From contig OY970399.1 of the NCBI GenBank assembly GCA_963720545.1, positions 3,232,001-3,296,000 of the forward strand: a DNA stretch of 64,000 bases, read 5' to 3'. The position numbers were made by a program, and so were the translations under genes. Below are positions 59,415 to 64,000 of the stretch, in pieces; the stretch's first letter is position 1, and the number at the start of each line of letters is the position of its first letter. The DNA is from an uncultured Acidobacteriota bacterium. GTDB taxonomy: Bacteria; Acidobacteriota; Vicinamibacteria; Fen-336. Under the pieces are notes generated by a model. It saw nothing but the letters and a program-made list of their open reading frames with translations, had not been told where the DNA came from and searched no databases.

Positions 59415-60647
59415 ATGACTCCGCGCGTCGTCATCCTCGGCGGCGGCTTCGGTGGTCTGGCCGCGGCCAAGGCGCTGAAGCGTGCCCCGGTCGAGCTGAC
59501 CGTCATCGACCGCCGCAACCATCACCTGTTCCAGCCGCTGCTCTACCAGGTGGCGACCGCCGGCCTCAACCCGAGCGACATCGCGCAACCGATCCGCGGC
59601 ATCCTGCGCAAGCAGCGCAACACGCGAGTGATGCTCGCCGAGGTCACGGGTGTCGACATCGCGGCGCGGCAGGTCCTCACCGGCGACGGAGCGGTGCCTT
59701 ACGACTACCTGATCGTCACCACCGGCGCCACGCATTCCTATTTTGGCAACGACCAGTGGGAGGCGCCGGCGCCCGGGCTCAAGGACATCGACGACGCCCT
59801 CGAGATCCGGCGCCGCGTGTTCCTCGCGTACGAAGCGGCGGAGAAGGAAGCGGACGCCGAGAAACGGCGCGCGCTGCTCACCACCGTCATCGTCGGCGGC
59901 GGCCCCACCGGCGTCGAGATGGCGGGTGCGCTCGCCGAGATCTCACGCCACGGCATGCGCGACGACTTCCGGCGAATCGATCCGCGCACCGCGCGCGTGA
60001 TCCTCGTCGAAGGACTCGACCGCGTGCTGCCCGCTTATCCGCTCGACCTCTCGGTAAAGGCGCGCCGCCAGCTCGAGGGCCTTGGCGTCGAGGTCTGGAC
60101 CGGCACGCGCGTCACCGGCATCGACCAGGACGGAGTGACGCTCGGCAAGGAGCGGCTGCACGCGCGCACCGTCGTGTGGGCGGCCGGCGTCGCGGCATCG
60201 CCGCTGGCGCGGACGCTCGGCGTCGAGCTGGACAAGGCCGGCCGGGTGAAGGTCGCCAAAGACCTTTCGCTTCCGGGGCACCCCGAGGTGTTCATTGCCG
60301 GCGACCTTGCGGAGGTGGAGCAGGACGGAGCGCTGCTGCCCGGCGTCGCACAGGTCGCGATCCAGGGCGGCCGGCACGCGGCGCGCAACGTCGTTCGGCT
60401 CGTGAAGGGCGAGGCCAGCGAGCCGTTTCGCTACAAGGATCCGGGCAGCTTCGCCACCATCGGGCGCGGTGCCGCCGTCGGCATGCTCGGCCGCGTGCAC
60501 CTCTCGGGCTTCGTCGCCTGGGCGGCCTGGCTGCTCATCCATATCGCGTTCCTCATCGGCCTGCGCAACCGCCTCGCCGTGCTCCTCAGCTGGACGTACT
60601 CGTACATCACCTGGCGCCGCGGCGCGCAGCTCATCACCGGCAAGTGA
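59415..60647 (+). CDS. ndh: Type II NADH:quinone oxidoreductase
   Basis: GGGFGG, FQPLLYQVAT, GGGPTGVE, WAAG, AGD, AQVAIQ, ATIGR. Confidence 0.9.
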   Translation: MTPRVVILGGGFGGLAAAKALKRAPVELTVIDRRNHHLFQPLLYQVATAGLNPSDIAQPIRGILRKQRNTRVMLAEVTGVDIAARQVLTGDGAVPYDYLIVTTGATHSYFGNDQWEAPAPGLKDIDDALEIRRRVFLAYEAAEKEADAEKRRALLTTVIVGGGPTGVEMAGALAEISRHGMRDDFRRIDPRTARVILVEGLDRVLPAYPLDLSVKARRQLEGLGVEVWTGTRVTGIDQDGVTLGKERLHARTVVWAAGVAASPLARTLGVELDKAGRVKVAKDLSLPGHPEVFIAGDLAEVEQDGALLPGVAQVAIQGGRHAARNVVRLVKGEASEPFRYKDPGSFATIGRGAAVGMLGRVHLSGFVAWAAWLLIHIAFLIGLRNRLAVLLSWTYSYITWRRGAQLITGK

Positions 60648-61495
60648 CGCGCGCCCGCAGGCGGCTGGCGATTGCCACACTGGCTGTGCTCGCTGCGGCA
60701 GCGTGCTGTTTCGTGTGGGGCTTCCTGATCGAGCCGGGGCACATCGCGGTTCGCGATCACAGGCTGCGTGTGCCCGGCTGGCCCGCAGGGCTCGACGGCG
60801 TGCGCATCGCGGCGCTCGCCGACGTCCACGAAGGCGCGCCGTTCGTCACGCCGCAGCGGGTGCGGGCGCTGGTTGATGAAGTCAACGCGCGGCAACCCGA
60901 CATGATCGTGCTGCTCGGCGACTACCTCGTACACGGCGTCGTCGGCGGCCGGCGCCAGCCGCCCGAACAAGTGGCTGCCGACCTCGCGGGGTTGCGCGCC
61001 CCACACGGCGTATTCGCGGTGTTTGGCAACCACGACGTCTGGTTCGACGCGCGCCGCGTGCGCGCGGCCTTCGAGAGCCGCGGCATCACCTTCCTCGCCG
61101 ACGAGTCGCGCGCGGTGGAACTGCGGCCTGGCCAGGTGATTCACGTCGTCGGCCTGCGCGAGGTCGGCACGCAGCGCCTCGACCGGCGCCGCGCGTTCGC
61201 CGGCGTGCCGCCGGGGGGCAAGGCCCTGGTGCTGACGCACAACCCCGACGTGTTTCCGCTGCTCGCCGGGTCGCCGGCGGTGCTGACGCTCGCCGGGCAC
61301 ACGCACGGCGGCCAGGTGCGGCTGCCGCTCTTCGGCCCGCCGTGGGTGCCGTCCGAATACGGCGCGCGCTACGCGGGCGGCCTCGTGGTTGAAGACGGTC
61401 GCGCGATGTTCGTGAGCACCGGAATCGGCACCAGCATCCTGCCAGTCAGATTCGGCGTCCCGCCAGAAGTTTCCCTGCTCGAGATCCACCCCTGA
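60644..61495 (+). CDS. Calcineurin-like metallophosphoesterase (YkuE-like)
   Basis: DVH, GD, GNHD, THNPD, GHTHGGQ; N-terminal anchor. Confidence 0.92.
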   Translation: MTRARRRLAIATLAVLAAAACCFVWGFLIEPGHIAVRDHRLRVPGWPAGLDGVRIAALADVHEGAPFVTPQRVRALVDEVNARQPDMIVLLGDYLVHGVVGGRRQPPEQVAADLAGLRAPHGVFAVFGNHDVWFDARRVRAAFESRGITFLADESRAVELRPGQVIHVVGLREVGTQRLDRRRAFAGVPPGGKALVLTHNPDVFPLLAGSPAVLTLAGHTHGGQVRLPLFGPPWVPSEYGARYAGGLVVEDGRAMFVSTGIGTSILPVRFGVPPEVSLLEIHP

Positions 61496-61518
61496 AGGAA
61501 GAATCAACAGGACGTGCA

Positions 61519-62055
61519 TTGAAGAAGTCCGCCGGCCGCAGGAAGAAGCCCGCCAGCCGCAAGCAACCGCGCCGCCCGCCGCTACGCACTGGCAGGGGAC
61601 TGGTCGCCGCCCGCCGCTCGAAGGTCCACGGCACCGGTGTCTTCGCGTTGCAAGACCTCGCGCGCGGCACCGAGATCATTCACTATCTCGGGACGCTGCG
61701 CACCCATGAAGACGTGGACCGCGAATACGACGCGCTCGCCGACAGCGGCCACACGTTCTACTTCACGCTCAACGCGAAGTACGTGATCGACGCCGGCATC
61801 CGCGGCAACGCCGCGCGCTTCATCAACCACAGCTGCCGGCCCAACTGCGAAGCGGTCACCGAAGACGACCCGGGCGGCAATGCGCGCCGCGACCGCATCC
61901 TCATTCGCGCGATTCGCAGGATCAGGGCCGGCGACGAGCTCGGCTACGACTACGGCATCACCGTCGACGGCCCGATCACAGCCCGCGAACGCGCCTTGTG
62001 GGCCTGCCACTGCGGCTCGCCCAATTGCAAGGGCACATTGCTAGCCAACAAGTAG
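61519..62055 (+). CDS. SET-domain lysine methyltransferase with post-SET Cys motif
   Basis: HGTGVFA, RFINHSCRPNC, ELGYDY, CHCGSPNCKG. Confidence 0.93.
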   Translation: MKKSAGRRKKPASRKQPRRPPLRTGRGLVAARRSKVHGTGVFALQDLARGTEIIHYLGTLRTHEDVDREYDALADSGHTFYFTLNAKYVIDAGIRGNAARFINHSCRPNCEAVTEDDPGGNARRDRILIRAIRRIRAGDELGYDYGITVDGPITARERALWACHCGSPNCKGTLLANK

Positions 62056-62061
62056 GCCGAC

Positions 62062-62181
62062 ATCGACGGATTGGACGCTAGCGACCGCCAATCCGTCGAT
62101 GACGCGGACGCAAGCGCCTGGGGAACGGACTAACGGAAATCGACGGATTGGACGCTAACGACCGCCAATCCGTCGATGACG
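62062..62181. repeat. Tandem of two 43-bp palindromic (REP-like) units separated by 34 bp
   Basis: ATCGACGGATTGG-acgcta(g/a)cgaccg-CCAATCCGTCGAT-gacg at 62062-62104 and 62139-62181 (1 mismatch), between convergent genes. Confidence 0.9.
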
Positions 62182-63051
62182 TCAACTTGCGTTGAAGGTG
62201 TCGCAGGCCTTGAGGTCGCCGGCTTCGAGGCCGCGGCGGAACCAGCTGGTGCGCTGCGCCGACGAGCCGTGGGTGAAGCCCTCGGGATTGACGTGGCCCT
62301 GCGCCTGTTTCTGGATGCGGTCGTCGCCGACCGCGGCCGCTGCGGTCATGCCTTCCTCGATGTCACCCGGTTCGAGGTTCGACGACGTCGCCTTCGCCCA
62401 GACACCGGCGTAGCAGTCGGCCTGCAGCTCGAGGCGCACCGACAGCTCGTTCGCCATGTCGGGCCGTGCCTGCTGCGCGCGCCGCATCTGCGCTTCGGTG
62501 CCGATGATCTTCTGCAGGTGATGGCCCAGCTCGTGCGCGAGCACATACGCCTGTGCGAAGTCGCCGCTGGCGCCGAAGCGGGTGCGCAGCTCGTCGTAGA
62601 AGCCGAGGTCGACATAGACCTTCTCGTCGACCGGGCAGTAGAACGGTCCGCTCGCGGCCTGCGCGAAGCCGCACTCGGCCCGCGTCTGGTCGCGGAACAG
62701 CACCAGCGTGGCATCGCGATACTGCAGGCCGAATTGCGGCAGCACGCGCGCCCAGGTGGCCTGCGCGTCGTCGAGCACGAAGGAGATGAAGTGCACCAGC
62801 TTCTCTTCTTCCGGAGTCGTCTGCACCGGCGCTTGCGGCCCGGTCGTTTGCACGGCGCCGCCGCCACCCCCGGCACCGGGGTCGAGCAGCGCCAGAAAGT
62901 TCTGCTTGAAGACCAGGCTCAACACGATCAGCAGCGCAAGCGTGCCGCAGCCGACCGAACGGCCGCCGCCGGGAAAGCCGCCGAAACCGCCGGCACCTTC
63001 GCCGCGCCGATCCTCGATGTTGTCGCTGACGCCACGGTCCTGCCAACGCAT
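62182..63051 (-). CDS. Neutral zinc metallopeptidase (YpfJ-like)
   Basis: MRW..SDNIEDRRG, GPFYCP, AHELGHH, ELQADC, THGS..R..W. Confidence 0.93.
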   Translation of the reverse strand: MRWQDRGVSDNIEDRRGEGAGGFGGFPGGGRSVGCGTLALLIVLSLVFKQNFLALLDPGAGGGGGAVQTTGPQAPVQTTPEEEKLVHFISFVLDDAQATWARVLPQFGLQYRDATLVLFRDQTRAECGFAQAASGPFYCPVDEKVYVDLGFYDELRTRFGASGDFAQAYVLAHELGHHLQKIIGTEAQMRRAQQARPDMANELSVRLELQADCYAGVWAKATSSNLEPGDIEEGMTAAAAVGDDRIQKQAQGHVNPEGFTHGSSAQRTSWFRRGLEAGDLKACDTFNAS

Positions 63052-63186
63052 GCCTGCTCCTCGCCCCTGGAGAGCTGTCGTAAAGGGCGGACTATACCGT
63101 ACGCCCCGGTTGGTGAATTTACGTCTTGCCACTCAACATCGTGATGCCACTTGCGGTCCAAGAATGCTGGGTGCTCTAGACTCGTC

Positions 63187-64000
63187 ATGATGACAGCAAG
63201 CAGGAAACGCTGGATCGGAATCGTGACGGGCGTGTGCTTGCTCGCCGGCGCCGGCTACCTTTATTCACAGCGTCCGCGGCCGGTCCGCTACGTCACCGCG
63301 GCCGTTGACCGCGGCGACATCGTCGAGGCGGTGGGCGCCACCGGCGCGCTGCAGGCGGTCACAAGTGTACAAGTCGGCTCGCAGGTCTCGGGCACCATCC
63401 AGAGCCTCGGCGCCGACTTCAACACGGTCGTGAAGAAGGGCCAGGTGATCGCGCGGCTCGATCCCTCCACCTTCCAGGCGCGACTCGGCCAGGCGCAAGC
63501 GAACCTCGCCGCCGCCCGCGCCAACGTCGACAAGGCCCGCGCCGACCTCAGCGACAACCAGCAGAAATTCAAGCGCGCGCAGGAGCTGGCGGCGGAGCAG
63601 CTGCTGGCGCAGAGCGATCTCGACAGCGCGCGCGCCGCGTTCGAGTCGTCGCAGGCGAGCCTCAAGGCGGCGCAGGCGTCGGTGACGCAGTCGCAGGCGT
63701 CCGTCAACCAGGCGCAGCTCGACCTCGACCACACGATCATCGCGACGCCCATCGACGGGGTCGTCGTGAACCGCAGCGTGGACGTCGGCCAGACGGTGGC
63801 GGCATCGCTGCAGGCGCCGACGCTCTTCATCATCGCCAACGACCTCTCGCACATGCAGGTGAACGCAACCGTGGACGAGGCGGATGTCGGCCGCGTGCAG
63901 GAGGGCCAGGAGGTCGCGTTCCACGTCGATGCGCATCCCGACCAGACGTTCGTCGGACGGGTGCAGCAGGTGCGGCTGCAGCCGCAGACGGTGCAGAACG
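63187..64000 (+). CDS. MacA-like efflux periplasmic adaptor (3'-truncated; absent from the ORF track)
   Basis: My translation: MMTASRKRWIGIVTG..V.RGDI..ATG..VQVGSQVSGTI..DFNTVVKKGQVIARLDP..PIDGVV..GQTVAASLQAPTLF..VDEADVG. Confidence 0.92.
   Translation, partial: MMTASRKRWIGIVTGVCLLAGAGYLYSQRPRPVRYVTAAVDRGDIVEAVGATGALQAVTSVQVGSQVSGTIQSLGADFNTVVKKGQVIARLDPSTFQARLGQAQANLAAARANVDKARADLSDNQQKFKRAQELAAEQLLAQSDLDSARAAFESSQASLKAAQASVTQSQASVNQAQLDLDHTIIATPIDGVVVNRSVDVGQTVAASLQAPTLFIIANDLSHMQVNATVDEADVGRVQEGQEVAFHVDAHPDQTFVGRVQQVRLQPQTVQN

Noticed and set aside
62062..62181. Two 43-bp repeats with a 34-bp 'spacer' as a mini CRISPR array
   Set aside because: Only two units, no cas genes, no AT-rich leader, and the 'spacer' recurs as part of the same element at 46.16-46.22 kb, so it is a REP-like unit.

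Overview
High-GC (roughly 70% by eye) bacterial chromosome segment with about 50 genes. Gene content and style suggest Acidobacteriota/Vicinamibacteria (inference only). The left ~9.5 kb is the end of an accessory biosynthetic locus: a class III aminotransferase domain that probably ends a PKS hybrid, a JmjC oxygenase, two alpha/beta-hydrolases lacking the canonical Ser nucleophile, a TE-less single-module C-A(Thr)-PCP NRPS, an internally duplicated Cys-rich protein and a Wzx-type polysaccharide flippase. This NRPS/PKS-plus-glycan-export arrangement is my best candidate for an undescribed system. The rest is mostly core or metabolic: a GcvT-like protein, nrdJ with tandem NrdR boxes, NhaC/TIGR04076/AKR/RpiR, a double ABC-2 operon, a porin, an M16 peptidase pair, folE coupled to a radical SAM with an expanded CX3CX10C motif, a Ser/Thr kinase plus DUF2252, an M28 peptidase, an MrfA/MrfB-like repair pair, ppa, a Fur-boxed cytochrome c-FTR1 permease, pyrKDF and pyrRBC, ndh, a SET-domain protein and a MacA-like adaptor. 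A palindromic repeat family occurs as an intergenic tandem (62062-62181) and as an in-frame copy inside a coding sequence (46098-46223). Many genes look leaderless. I saw no rRNA, tRNA, transposase or CRISPR array. All family assignments come from motif recognition, not database searches.
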